A stretch of DNA of 64,000 bases from a virus (Duplodnaviria > Heunggongvirae > Uroviricota > Caudoviricetes): positions 57,363 through 121,362 of the IMG/VR virus record IMGVR_UViG_3300046008_000242. The stretch is one strand, 5' to 3'. Each line of letters opens with the position of its first letter. The first letter of the stretch is position 1. Positions 19,941-29,047 of this stretch are shown piece by piece. The position numbers and the translations under genes were made by a program. A model generated the notes under the pieces. It saw only the letters and a list, made by a program, of their open reading frames with translations, made no database searches and had not been told where the DNA came from.

Positions 19941-20366
19941 GGGCGCAATTTATCAATATCCAATCAAGAATATACATTAAACCATCTATTATTTGTCCAA
20001 TAATCCACTCTAATGGAACATTCCATATATCATCCAATCAACTCTACATCATGTATAATTTACGTTGTTTAAACTCCAAATATAGATGTCTACTGTAAAT
20101 TCAACACATCGAAAGAGTCTTAAGATGTTTCTTTCGATATCTTAATCATCGAAATAGTAATCTCAGACATCGAATGTGTAATATACAAGGAAAGATATTC
20201 CTTTCGAAATCTCTAATACTCCATTATGATAGACTATGTCGATCCTTTGAGTTATGTTCTTTAGGTCATTTAATATTATTATATTCTAGTGTAACTTAGA
20301 CCCTTATTATACAATACATTTTATTGTAAATAATAGTAACAATAACATATAATTAATGATAAAGGT

Positions 20367-20849
20367 ATGGTAGACATAAAATTCACTAATGTATATTCAG
20401 ACGAATTGCTAGAGATATACATTAAGATGCGTAAGGCTAGATATGTTGGTTCCAATAAACATTATTCATCTAAGAGAGCAATAAAGAAACATCTTAAACA
20501 TATTATCTTACAAAGAAGACAAACAGAAAATCTCTTGGACATAATGATTATGACAATTGAAGATAAGATAGTCGGTATGAGTTTCCCTAGATTGACCAAA
20601 GATATCGATAAGATATTCTATGATATAGATACAACATGTATTAAGGTTGGTGCGATATTCGTGGATCCAGATTACAGGAATCAGAACATCGGATATGACG
20701 CATGTAGTCAGTTCTTTAAATTGTTCCCAGAATATACTAAGGTTTGGACTTCTAGAAAATGTAATACCGCGTCTATTGCTCTGGCATTAAAATTGGGATT
20801 TGAACGGACTCATGATAAAGGAGATTACGTTATCTTTAAAATGAGATAA
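20367..20849 (+). CDS. GNAT-family acetyltransferase
   Basis: IFVDPDYRNQNIG motif A; N.ASIALA.KLGF motif B. Confidence 0.8.
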   Translation: MVDIKFTNVYSDELLEIYIKMRKARYVGSNKHYSSKRAIKKHLKHIILQRRQTENLLDIMIMTIEDKIVGMSFPRLTKDIDKIFYDIDTTCIKVGAIFVDPDYRNQNIGYDACSQFFKLFPEYTKVWTSRKCNTASIALALKLGFERTHDKGDYVIFKMR

Positions 20850-20854
20850 AATAT

Positions 20855-20890
20855 CTTTCGATGATTGGGATAACATTTATAATAGATTTC
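20855..20890 (+). promoter_or_regulatory. Phage promoter CTTTCGATG..TATAATAGATTTC
   Basis: Same motif with identical 23-nt offset at 38294, 47919 and 63717; variants at 23185, 30836 and 41416. Confidence 0.8.
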
Positions 20891-20936
20891 AAGTTGGTGC
20901 ACCAATGAATTTAAATCAATTATCTAAGGGGTTATT

Positions 20937-21329
20937 ATGGAACATCTAATTATCAGAAATGAACATTTAACATTATTTGAATTGTTGAGTAAAATTGATT
21001 CTGGGAACATCGTCATGAATCAATTTTGTAGATACACAGAATCGTTTGGTAATGTTGATAACATTTTAAATGGATTGTATAATCCCATCGTATGGGTGTT
21101 GGAAGATTCGATTGGTGTAAAGACTATCCTGTATAGATCTAATTTCTTGGATTTCTTAAGAAGATTCCATACGGATGAAACATCCAATGATTATGGTATT
21201 AAATTTAGCAGTATGAATCGAAGAAATCAGAATAAATTTGAAGATTCAAATTTCACTGTTAAAGTTATATCTTATCATCCTAACATTGATGTCGATAAGG
21301 TAATCAGAATGTTAGATTATAACCATTAG
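20937..21329 (+). CDS. Hypothetical protein, possibly a degenerate DUF262 (GmrSD N-terminal/ParB-like) domain
   Basis: Weak resemblance (LLSKIDSGNI..FCR..DNILNGL..P); lacks DGQQR. Confidence 0.35.
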   Translation: MEHLIIRNEHLTLFELLSKIDSGNIVMNQFCRYTESFGNVDNILNGLYNPIVWVLEDSIGVKTILYRSNFLDFLRRFHTDETSNDYGIKFSSMNRRNQNKFEDSNFTVKVISYHPNIDVDKVIRMLDYNH

Positions 21330-21336
21330 GTAATCG

Positions 21337-21371
21337 AAAGCCGATACAGTTAATTCTGTATCGGCTTTTTA
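21337..21371. terminator. Bidirectional intrinsic terminator
   Basis: aaagccgatacag/ctgtatcggctttt between convergent genes; duplicated at about 26018-26042. Confidence 0.8.
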
Positions 21372-21373
21372 GT

Positions 21374-21801
21374 TTAATCCATATACACCAGTAATATATC
21401 TTTACAGATACCCGATCTAACGCAGTCGTCGATCGTAAATTCAGTTACACCTATCTTTCTAATATCTTTCAATCGATACACCGCATCTGCTAAACCAGAT
21501 TGTCCTTTTATGTCTGTCTAATGTCACCAGTGATAATCACTTTACTGTTATTACCGATCCTAGTTAAGAACATCATCAATTCTTGTTTGGTTGTATTCTG
21601 AGCTTCATCGAGTACAACAATAGAATCATTAAATGTAGAACCCCTCATGTATTCAAGCGGTCGAAATTCGATTACACCTCGTTTGATGTAATACTCGGTA
21701 GGACCTTTACCTAATCTACTGTATAGAATATCTTTGATTGGTTGGTAATAAGGTTCAATCTTCTCATTTAATTCACCTGGTAGAAACCCATATACGTGAA
21801 T
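21374..21801 (-). pseudogene. phoH: PhoH-family ATPase, 3' fragment with frameshift
   Basis: Manual translation GFLPGELNEKIEPY..PLEYMRGSTF..DEAQN..FLTRIG..GD, then frameshift, then QSGLADA..DDCVRSGICKDIL; Walker A part absent. Confidence 0.85.
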
Positions 21802-22992
21802 CTAATTCATATAGAATTTATCAACGGTATGTTTCAATAATTTTTCTAATGCAATTTGTAATTCTAGCACATTTAAACCCCTTTTCCACTTTCTATCCAC
21901 TTCCATTATACCAGTATAATTTGTTATATTATAAAAATCCTTGATTTCTTTGATATATGAAATCAAGGATCGTTTATCATCTATTGATTTAAACACAGAA
22001 CTAATCTCGTTTATTCTATATTCATATTCTTTTATCTCGATTTTACGCTCATCTAAATATTTATAGAACTTGACTGATCCTTCCTCCAGTTTTTCATCAT
22101 CGACTTGTTTCCAATTAGAGTTATTAATCCCCATAATTTTACTTGGGTTGGTGACATTATATTTTTCTATATCATCTAGAATTTGTAGGACTAATGGTCT
22201 AGTAAATTTTATTTCCAAGATATGTTTCCTTATTTCTTTACATTCTGGAGTTTGCATATTACTAATGTAACCAGTTTTCTTAAAATTGGTATCTTTACCC
22301 TTTTGGATGCATTCTGGAGTTTGAGATGGAGTATAATATCCAGTTCTTTCAAAACATGTATCTTTACGTTTTTGGATACATTCTGGATTTTTCATATTAT
22401 GTGTATATCCGGTTTCCTCAAAATAACTTTGAGAATATTGTTCTCTTAATTTCGGATTAGCTAAATTACTAGTGAATCCAGTTTTCTCAAAAACGATATC
22501 CTGTCGGGTTTGGATACGTTTTGGGTCTTTCATATAATGAGTATATCCAGTTTTCTCAAAATGCGTATTTCTACATTTTTGGACACATTCTGGATTTTTC
22601 ATATGATGATATGCACTTATTGATATCTTCAACTCTTCATATTCTTCTTCGTTGATAAATTTATGTTTACCATCGGTGCATAATCGTCCAAATGCATGAA
22701 TCATCTTAGCGTGTAAATTACGGGTTAATCCCATCTCTATTAACAATTGGTGACATCTGTAATGTTCTCTTGCTGATAGATAGGCATAATTCAATTTATC
22801 AGTCACTCCACCCATCTTGAATGATCTAGGTAATATATGATGTTCTTCTGCGTACCCTAAAATTACATCCGCTTCTTTTTTAGTGGATGCTCGAATCCTG
22901 GCATTAGATACGATGGAGATATACTCTGCTGTTTGTTCATTATCTGAACATAATTCGATTATTTTATCGATATAGATATTATTGCTGGTCAT
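21802..22992 (-). CDS. HNH homing-endonuclease-like protein with 23-aa tandem repeats
   Basis: EEHHILPRSF..GG..D..N...LSAREHY.CH.LL motif; TGYxxxMxNPEC repeats. Confidence 0.8.
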   Translation of the reverse strand: MTSNNIYIDKIIELCSDNEQTAEYISIVSNARIRASTKKEADVILGYAEEHHILPRSFKMGGVTDKLNYAYLSAREHYRCHQLLIEMGLTRNLHAKMIHAFGRLCTDGKHKFINEEEYEELKISISAYHHMKNPECVQKCRNTHFEKTGYTHYMKDPKRIQTRQDIVFEKTGFTSNLANPKLREQYSQSYFEETGYTHNMKNPECIQKRKDTCFERTGYYTPSQTPECIQKGKDTNFKKTGYISNMQTPECKEIRKHILEIKFTRPLVLQILDDIEKYNVTNPSKIMGINNSNWKQVDDEKLEEGSVKFYKYLDERKIEIKEYEYRINEISSVFKSIDDKRSLISYIKEIKDFYNITNYTGIMEVDRKWKRGLNVLELQIALEKLLKHTVDKFYMN

Positions 22993-23014
22993 AAAATTCC
23001 TGTGAGTTTGATTA

Positions 23015-23060
23015 GAGACAACGGAAGTGTGGACTTCGCGGTTGTCATTTTTATTTAGTT
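23015..23060 (-). promoter_or_regulatory. Late-type promoter (CTAAATA) and leader hairpin of the HNH gene
   Basis: ctaaata followed by gacaac-cgc-gaag-loop-cttc-c-gttgtc; conserved at about 27421-27467. Confidence 0.55.
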
Positions 23061-23089
23061 AAATCGCGTTAAGAAGATAGATTATTCCA

Positions 23090-23129
23090 AATCCCACCAG
23101 AAATTTAATCTGAGTGGGATTTTTATTGG
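23090..23129 (+). terminator. ATCCC...GGGATTTTTATTG family terminator
   Basis: Near-identical to the unit A1 terminator. Confidence 0.7.
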
Positions 23130-23226
23130 ATTCAATTATACGTATTCATTCTTAGGATGTATTAATACTTCATCTAAAATAATTCTTTAGATTAAACAGA
23201 AATGCATTATAATAGAATCATCTTAT

Positions 23227-23442
23227 ATGTCACCTGGAGAGTATTATATGTCAATTAAACAATCTTATTTCGAAACATTAAATGCAGCACTTGAATCAGA
23301 AAATCTAGTTGATAAATGGAAATTTGGTCTTAACATTTCTTATGGGCAGACTTTACGCATGATTTCAGAAGACGGTCATCTAATCTCCATATATAGATCC
23401 GACACTGGTAGATATGAAAGACCAGTATGGTATAAGGTTTAA
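23227..23442 (+). CDS. Small conserved phage hypothetical protein
   Basis: ORF behind the promoter at 23185; ISIYR..GRYERPV motif. Confidence 0.55.
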   Translation: MSPGEYYMSIKQSYFETLNAALESENLVDKWKFGLNISYGQTLRMISEDGHLISIYRSDTGRYERPVWYKV

Positions 23443-23564
23443 TATGCAATCTATACATTAATTGTGTCTTAAATTCCATTTAAATGGACGTAGTGGAACG
23501 TTTAATGTATATGTCAATCAACTCTACAGGATGTTTATTTTAAATCACACTAGAGGCAAATTAG

Positions 23565-24482
23565 ATGGAAATTATATGTGAATCAGAATTTGGTTCTAGA
23601 TTGTATGGGTTATCCACTCCAGAATCAGACTATGACTATAAAGGTGTCATCTTACCAACTAGAGATGAAATCTTACTTGGAAGAACATCTTACCATATCG
23701 ATAAGTCAACTAATACCAGTTCAACAAAAAACTCTAAAGATGACGTCGACAGAACCTATTACTCGTTACAATACTTTATTGATATGGCATGTAAGGGAGA
23801 AACTGTAACCTTAGACCTCCTCCACGGCAGTCCTGATAAATTATTACATGAATCTGATATGTGGAGATTCATTGTATCTAATCGCCATCGGTTCTATACA
23901 AAGAGTATGAAATCATACATTGGTTACGTCAGAAAACAATCAGCCAAATATGGAGCCAAAGGTTCTAGACTTGGTGAGATCGAACGAGTATTAAATGTAA
24001 TCAATAACATGAAAGATTCTCAGACTGTATCTGATGTTGAATTAAAGGAATCAGATGTTGTAAGATGGATTGATTATAAGGATAACAGATATTTGGAGGT
24101 TTGTGGTAGTAAATATCAAGACAATCTTAAATTGGTTCATCTGAAGAAATCATTACAGAACCATTATGATATTTACGGGGAACGATCCAAATTAGCCAAA
24201 CAAAATGAAGGTGTAGATTGGAAGGCATTGTCCCATGGATTTCGTGCTGGTATCCAAGCAAGAGATATTTACTTGAAAGGAGGGTTTGAATATCCGTTGG
24301 CAGAATCGAAGTTTCTTTTGGACGTAAAACAAGGTAAGATAGACTTCAATGTATTTGAACCAATGTTAGCCGAATTGGTTGAAGAAGTTACATTATTGGC
24401 TGGTAAATCAGATTATCCAGAAACTGTTGACAGAACGTTCTGGGATGATTTCATTAGAGAATGTCATTTAACTAGATTTTAA
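23565..24482 (+). CDS. Pol-beta-like nucleotidyltransferase (T4 NrdC.11-like)
   Basis: FGSRLYGLSTPESDYDYKG; QSAKYG.KG.R; DWKALSH. Confidence 0.8.
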   Translation: MEIICESEFGSRLYGLSTPESDYDYKGVILPTRDEILLGRTSYHIDKSTNTSSTKNSKDDVDRTYYSLQYFIDMACKGETVTLDLLHGSPDKLLHESDMWRFIVSNRHRFYTKSMKSYIGYVRKQSAKYGAKGSRLGEIERVLNVINNMKDSQTVSDVELKESDVVRWIDYKDNRYLEVCGSKYQDNLKLVHLKKSLQNHYDIYGERSKLAKQNEGVDWKALSHGFRAGIQARDIYLKGGFEYPLAESKFLLDVKQGKIDFNVFEPMLAELVEEVTLLAGKSDYPETVDRTFWDDFIRECHLTRF

Positions 24483-24495
24483 TTGAGGAAATAAT

Positions 24496-24756
24496 ATGAA
24501 AGTTGTTGATTTATTTGATTATTTTAATGTGGTTGATTTTGGTAAACCTCAGGAACATGATGGTCTAGTCCATTATAAGATTAAACGTAACTTGGAACTT
24601 TATATTGACGGAGATTTGTACACCCATTACTATATACAAGATGACGTTGTTACGTTCTTTGGTGGTGAGTTCAATTTCGATATAGGTATAAAAGATAGTT
24701 TTAAAAATGATGTTATCGTTAAAAAAATTGGGTTGGGATATAAAAATGTTATGTGA
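24496..24756 (+). CDS. Hypothetical protein
   Basis: ORF with GAGG RBS. Confidence 0.5.
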   Translation: MKVVDLFDYFNVVDFGKPQEHDGLVHYKIKRNLELYIDGDLYTHYYIQDDVVTFFGGEFNFDIGIKDSFKNDVIVKKIGLGYKNVM

Positions 24757-24816
24757 TAGAACACTTTCAAATATGAGATGTTGATATGTATATATTATGA
24801 ACGTTGTTGATTTTAA

Positions 24817-25155
24817 TTGAGGATTATTATGATAACATTATACGTAGGTAGACCAGAACTAATCGAAGAATGGATTGATTTAAATCATCATGGAATAATC
24901 CCAATTAAAAATTTCGGACACGATATGTATTATAAAGATATATCGTTTGAAAGATTCAATGAATATAAAGATTGGATTATGTCCACTCAATCGATGGACG
25001 TAATAAACGAGTTTATACTGTTAGATAATCCTTCAAATAAATTGATTAGGGTTGGTAAATCTTGTCTAACCTCAAATAATGGCAAATTGATTGGTACGGA
25101 ATACACAAGAGAAGAGCTTCTTGTGATTTATAATGAAAATTGGGAGATAAGATGA
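24817..25155 (+). CDS. Hypothetical protein
   Basis: ORF in operon. Confidence 0.45.
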   Translation: MRIIMITLYVGRPELIEEWIDLNHHGIIPIKNFGHDMYYKDISFERFNEYKDWIMSTQSMDVINEFILLDNPSNKLIRVGKSCLTSNNGKLIGTEYTREELLVIYNENWEIR

Positions 25156-25293
25156 AAGTAGAAGAACAATGGGTTAAGTTAGTTCCAGTTGATGGATTAT
25201 ATCATGTTGAATTATCATCAAGACAGGAAACAGAATCCGCCGGCATGAAATATATTATTAACAATAACAAGTTTTTAAACATTATGCATAATC

Positions 25294-25902
25294 ATGATGT
25301 CAACACAACTTATTATTCATACTTTGCGAATGAAGATCTATAGGGATTACATGAGTTTATTACAAACATTATGTACAAATAAAGAGATACAACAATTTCA
25401 TATTTGGGACATAGACACATTACTTGAAAACGATTACTCCATTACACATAGAGTGTATATGACTTGTATCGGTTATTATGATATGTATAATGAAAAATTA
25501 GAATTGGAGATTGAAATCAAGGATAATTTATATCATATCGAATTCCCAGAAGATGAACGACGAACATCATTTAAAACTGATTCTATCGATGATATTATAA
25601 ATTCAATTAAACAAGAGTTTCCTGAAGAACAAGTTGATGGATCTTTAGAATCACCGATATCTATTATCCAGGATTCATTAAAGGAAACTGGATATAATGT
25701 AAAGACGTATATCAATCCAAGACTAGATCCAATAATCACTATCTCTATTGAAGGGAAAAATGATGGAGGATTTACATATTCACCATTATCTGTGAGTATA
25801 ACTAAAGATAAATCTTATGTTGTTGAATATTCTAAAGAATCTAATTCTATTGAATATATTCAGACATTATTACATGGTTTAATAACAAGATTCGGAGTTT
25901 AA
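25294..25902 (+). CDS. Hypothetical protein (start probably about 25351)
   Basis: ORF in operon. Confidence 0.5.
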   Translation: MMSTQLIIHTLRMKIYRDYMSLLQTLCTNKEIQQFHIWDIDTLLENDYSITHRVYMTCIGYYDMYNEKLELEIEIKDNLYHIEFPEDERRTSFKTDSIDDIINSIKQEFPEEQVDGSLESPISIIQDSLKETGYNVKTYINPRLDPIITISIEGKNDGGFTYSPLSVSITKDKSYVVEYSKESNSIEYIQTLLHGLITRFGV

Positions 25903-26070
25903 ATGATTTTAATGACATAACAATACCATATGCATATATTGATTATGACAGAAACACATGGCGAACGTTCTAAATTAACCAAACAAAATGAAGATATTGA
26001 TTGGAAATCCTTGTCAATCGATACAGTTAATTCTGTATCGACTTGTTCGTTTTAATTCATATATGTGAAT

Positions 26071-27398
26071 CTAATTCATATAGAATTTATCAATAATATG
26101 TTTCAATAATTTTTCTAATCCATTTTGTAATTTTATCACATTTAATCTCGTCCAGTTTCTGCTATTCGTTTCCATTATAACAATATGATTTGTTATGTTA
26201 TAAAAATCCTTGATTTCTGAGATATACGAAATCAAGGATTGTTTATCATCAGTGTATTTCAATGTAGAATTAATCTCGTTTATTCTACATTCGTATTCCT
26301 TTATCTTAATTTTACGTTCATCTAAATGTTTATAGAACTTAACCGAACCTTCATATAGTTTTTCATAATCGACTTGTCTCCAATTAGGTCCATTAATTCC
26401 CATAATTTTTCTTGTATCGATAACGTTATATTTTTCTATGTCTTGTTGAATCTGAAGAACTAATGGTCTAGCATATTTTATTTCCAAGATGTGTTTCTTC
26501 TTTTCTTTACATTCTGGAGTTTTCATATGATGTGTGTACCAGTTTCCTCAAAACACGTATCTCTACGATTTTGGATACATTTTGGATCTTTCATATAATG
26601 AGTGTACCCAGTTTCCTCAAAACTAGAATCTCTGCGATTTCGGATACATTCTGGATTTTGCATAGGATGATTGTATCCAGTTTTCTCAAAATACGTATCC
26701 TGACGCTTTTGGATACATTCTGGATTTTTACCAGGATTATCGTATCCTGTTCTAGCAAAATGGGTATCTCTACTCTTTTGGATACATTCTGGATTTTGCA
26801 TATTATGCGCGTATCCAGTTTTCTCAAAATATATTTGAGAATATTGTTCTCTTAATTCTGGATTGGCAAAATTACTAACATATCCAGTTTTCTTAAAATG
26901 GATATCTCTACTCTTTTGGACACATTCTGGATTTTTCATATGATGAGTGTATCCAGTTTTCTTAAAATGGGTATCTCTACTCTTTTGGACGCATTCTGGA
27001 TTTTTCATATGATGATATGCACTTATTGATATCTTCAACTCTTGATATTCTTCTTCGGTCATGAATTTATGTTTACCATCTACGCATAATAATCCAAATC
27101 CGGAAATCATCTTAGCATGTAAATTACGTTTTAATCCCATCTCTATTAACAGTTGATGGCATCTGTAATGTTCCCTTGCCGATAGATATGCATAATTCAA
27201 TTTATCTGTTTCTCCACCCATCTTAAATGATCTAGGTAATATATGGTGTTCTTCTGTATAACCTAAAATTGATTTTGCTTCTTTTTTAGTGGATGCTCTG
27301 ATTCTGGCATTAGATACGATGGAGATATACTCTGCTGTTTGTTCATTATCTGAACATAATTCGATTATTTTATCGATATAGATATTATTGCTGGTCAT
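26071..27398 (-). pseudogene. Second HNH repeat protein, split by a 1-nt frameshift at about 26540
   Basis: Highly similar to 21802-22992; actggtacacac lacks one G relative to the repeat consensus actgggtac. Confidence 0.8.
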
Positions 27399-27663
27399 AA
27401 AATTCCTGTGAGTTTGATTAGAGACAACGGAAGGTCACGCTTCGCGGTTGTCATTTTTTATTTAGTTGATTATCGCGTATTAAGAAGATGGAATAATGAA
27501 TCGTTAAGTTCGACCAGAAATACATTATAAATGACATGGAAGAAATTGTGATTACCAAGGATTTTCGGACGCTGAACTTTCATCAGCAATTTAACAGAGG
27601 AACGAAAATGACTTTACAAAAAAAGACCACAAAGAATGCACCTCAACATTTATCGGAGTTTAA

Positions 27664-28560
27664 ATGATTTTAATTGATTTTAATGGGGTCGCGATGCCCC
27701 ACGTAACAGCATTCAACGCAGATTTACGAACTAACGATAAAGAACGAATCCTGGATCTATGTCGCCATACAATTTTGTCTCAATTACTTGTATATAAAAA
27801 GAAGTATGAACAAAAATATGGAGAAATGGTAATCTGTTTGGATGGTCGTAATTACTGGCGCAAACAAGAATTTCCTAATTACAAATCTAATCGCAAGAAG
27901 ACTAAGGATGAGATGGTTGATTGGCAAATTGTATACGATTGTCTTAATCAGATTAGAGATGAACTCAAGGCATTCTTTCCATTCAAGGTAATCTTTGTCA
28001 ATGAAGCTGAAGCAGATGATACGATGGCTTTTTTAGTGGAATGGTCTCAGACAAATGACTTGAAAGAAGATCTATTGTATTCTGAACCAAAACCGATGAT
28101 GGTCGTATCTAGCGATCATGATTTTTCACAACTTCAAAAGTATGATAATGTTGAACAATTCTCTCCATTCACAAAGAAATTGGTGAAATTCAATAAAAAA
28201 GAAATTCATGAAAAGCGAATGGAACATATCGTCAAAGGTGATAGTGGCGACGGTGTACCAAATCTACTAAGTGACGATAATGTATTTGTTGACAAAAGAA
28301 GACAATCTCCAATGACTCAAAAGAGATTGGCTGAATTCTTCGAGAAAGGAATAGATGCTTGTAAAAATGATATGGAACGACGGAACTACCAACGTAATCA
28401 AATGTTAGTAGACTTTGATTTTATCCCACAACGTGTTAAAGATAAGATCCTTGAAGAATACACTAATGCAAAACCCGTCAGAGATTTGAATTTGATTATG
28501 GAATACTTCATGAAAAACAAATGTCGTTTATTATTGGAAACTTTACAGGATTGGAAATGA
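27664..28560 (+). CDS. rnh: T4-type RNase H / 5'-3' exonuclease
   Basis: MILIDF, YWRK..FP.YK.NR, EADD, SSDHDF.QL, KGDSGDGVPN, N..RN..L.DF. Confidence 0.92.
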   Translation: MILIDFNGVAMPHVTAFNADLRTNDKERILDLCRHTILSQLLVYKKKYEQKYGEMVICLDGRNYWRKQEFPNYKSNRKKTKDEMVDWQIVYDCLNQIRDELKAFFPFKVIFVNEAEADDTMAFLVEWSQTNDLKEDLLYSEPKPMMVVSSDHDFSQLQKYDNVEQFSPFTKKLVKFNKKEIHEKRMEHIVKGDSGDGVPNLLSDDNVFVDKRRQSPMTQKRLAEFFEKGIDACKNDMERRNYQRNQMLVDFDFIPQRVKDKILEEYTNAKPVRDLNLIMEYFMKNKCRLLLETLQDWK

Positions 28561-28844
28561 AAGTATTATCATTATATGGTTATTTCTTGTTACCAGATGA
28601 TTTTGACGGAACAAGAGAAGATGCATTAGATTTATTTGTGGAGTATAGAAAGACTAAAGGGTACTCTGGTAATAAAACAGGGAAATTGTTAAACGACGAT
28701 GAAGCATTAGATGTTTGGAGTTCATTTTTACAAGCTACAGAAACTGGTGAATATAAATGGACTGGTGATATTAACGTATCGCAATTGATTGACGGAAAAA
28801 TGGAACGTATTATTGACTCTGAACCTTTGGTGCAACAAGAATGA
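28557..28844 (+). CDS. Hypothetical protein
   Basis: ATGA-coupled to rnh. Confidence 0.5.
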   Translation: MKVLSLYGYFLLPDDFDGTREDALDLFVEYRKTKGYSGNKTGKLLNDDEALDVWSSFLQATETGEYKWTGDINVSQLIDGKMERIIDSEPLVQQE

Positions 28845-29047
28845 AATTAACATACTGTGTATATTGTAGAAAAGAAATTTGTAAATGTGGTGGAGGATTC
28901 TCTCCCGATTTTGATATTAGACGAGTAAGGAAATAACATGCCATTATTATTGTTTACCGTAGTAGCGGGTTTAGGATTATCTTATGCATTTCATTATATC
29001 GCAGATAATCATGAAAAGATTGAAGAATTGAGTAGAAAGGAAAGAAG

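Larger units (their letters stand above)
19080..20310 (+). repeat. Array A: three tandem ~475-bp non-coding units
   Basis: 30-mer atgatagactatgtcgatcctttgagttat at 19277, 19752 and 20226 (periods 475 and 474); shared blocks caatcaactct, catatcgaaagagtcttaa, gtaatcttagacatcga. Confidence 0.95.

Noticed and set aside
19277-20255. 30-bp exact repeats as a CRISPR array
   Set aside because: The intervals are about 445 bp and homologous to each other rather than unique 30-40 bp spacers; no cas genes in the window
21790-21804. TAG read-through or recoding fusing HNH to PhoH (the phoH remnant is in frame after the TAG)
   Set aside because: Long core genes are intact under the standard code, TAG ends other genes (e.g. 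nrdA), phoH is frameshifted anyway and copy 2 lacks the extension
26532-26855. Repetitive antisense ORFs over the HNH repeat region
   Set aside because: Mirror of the 69-bp coding repeats
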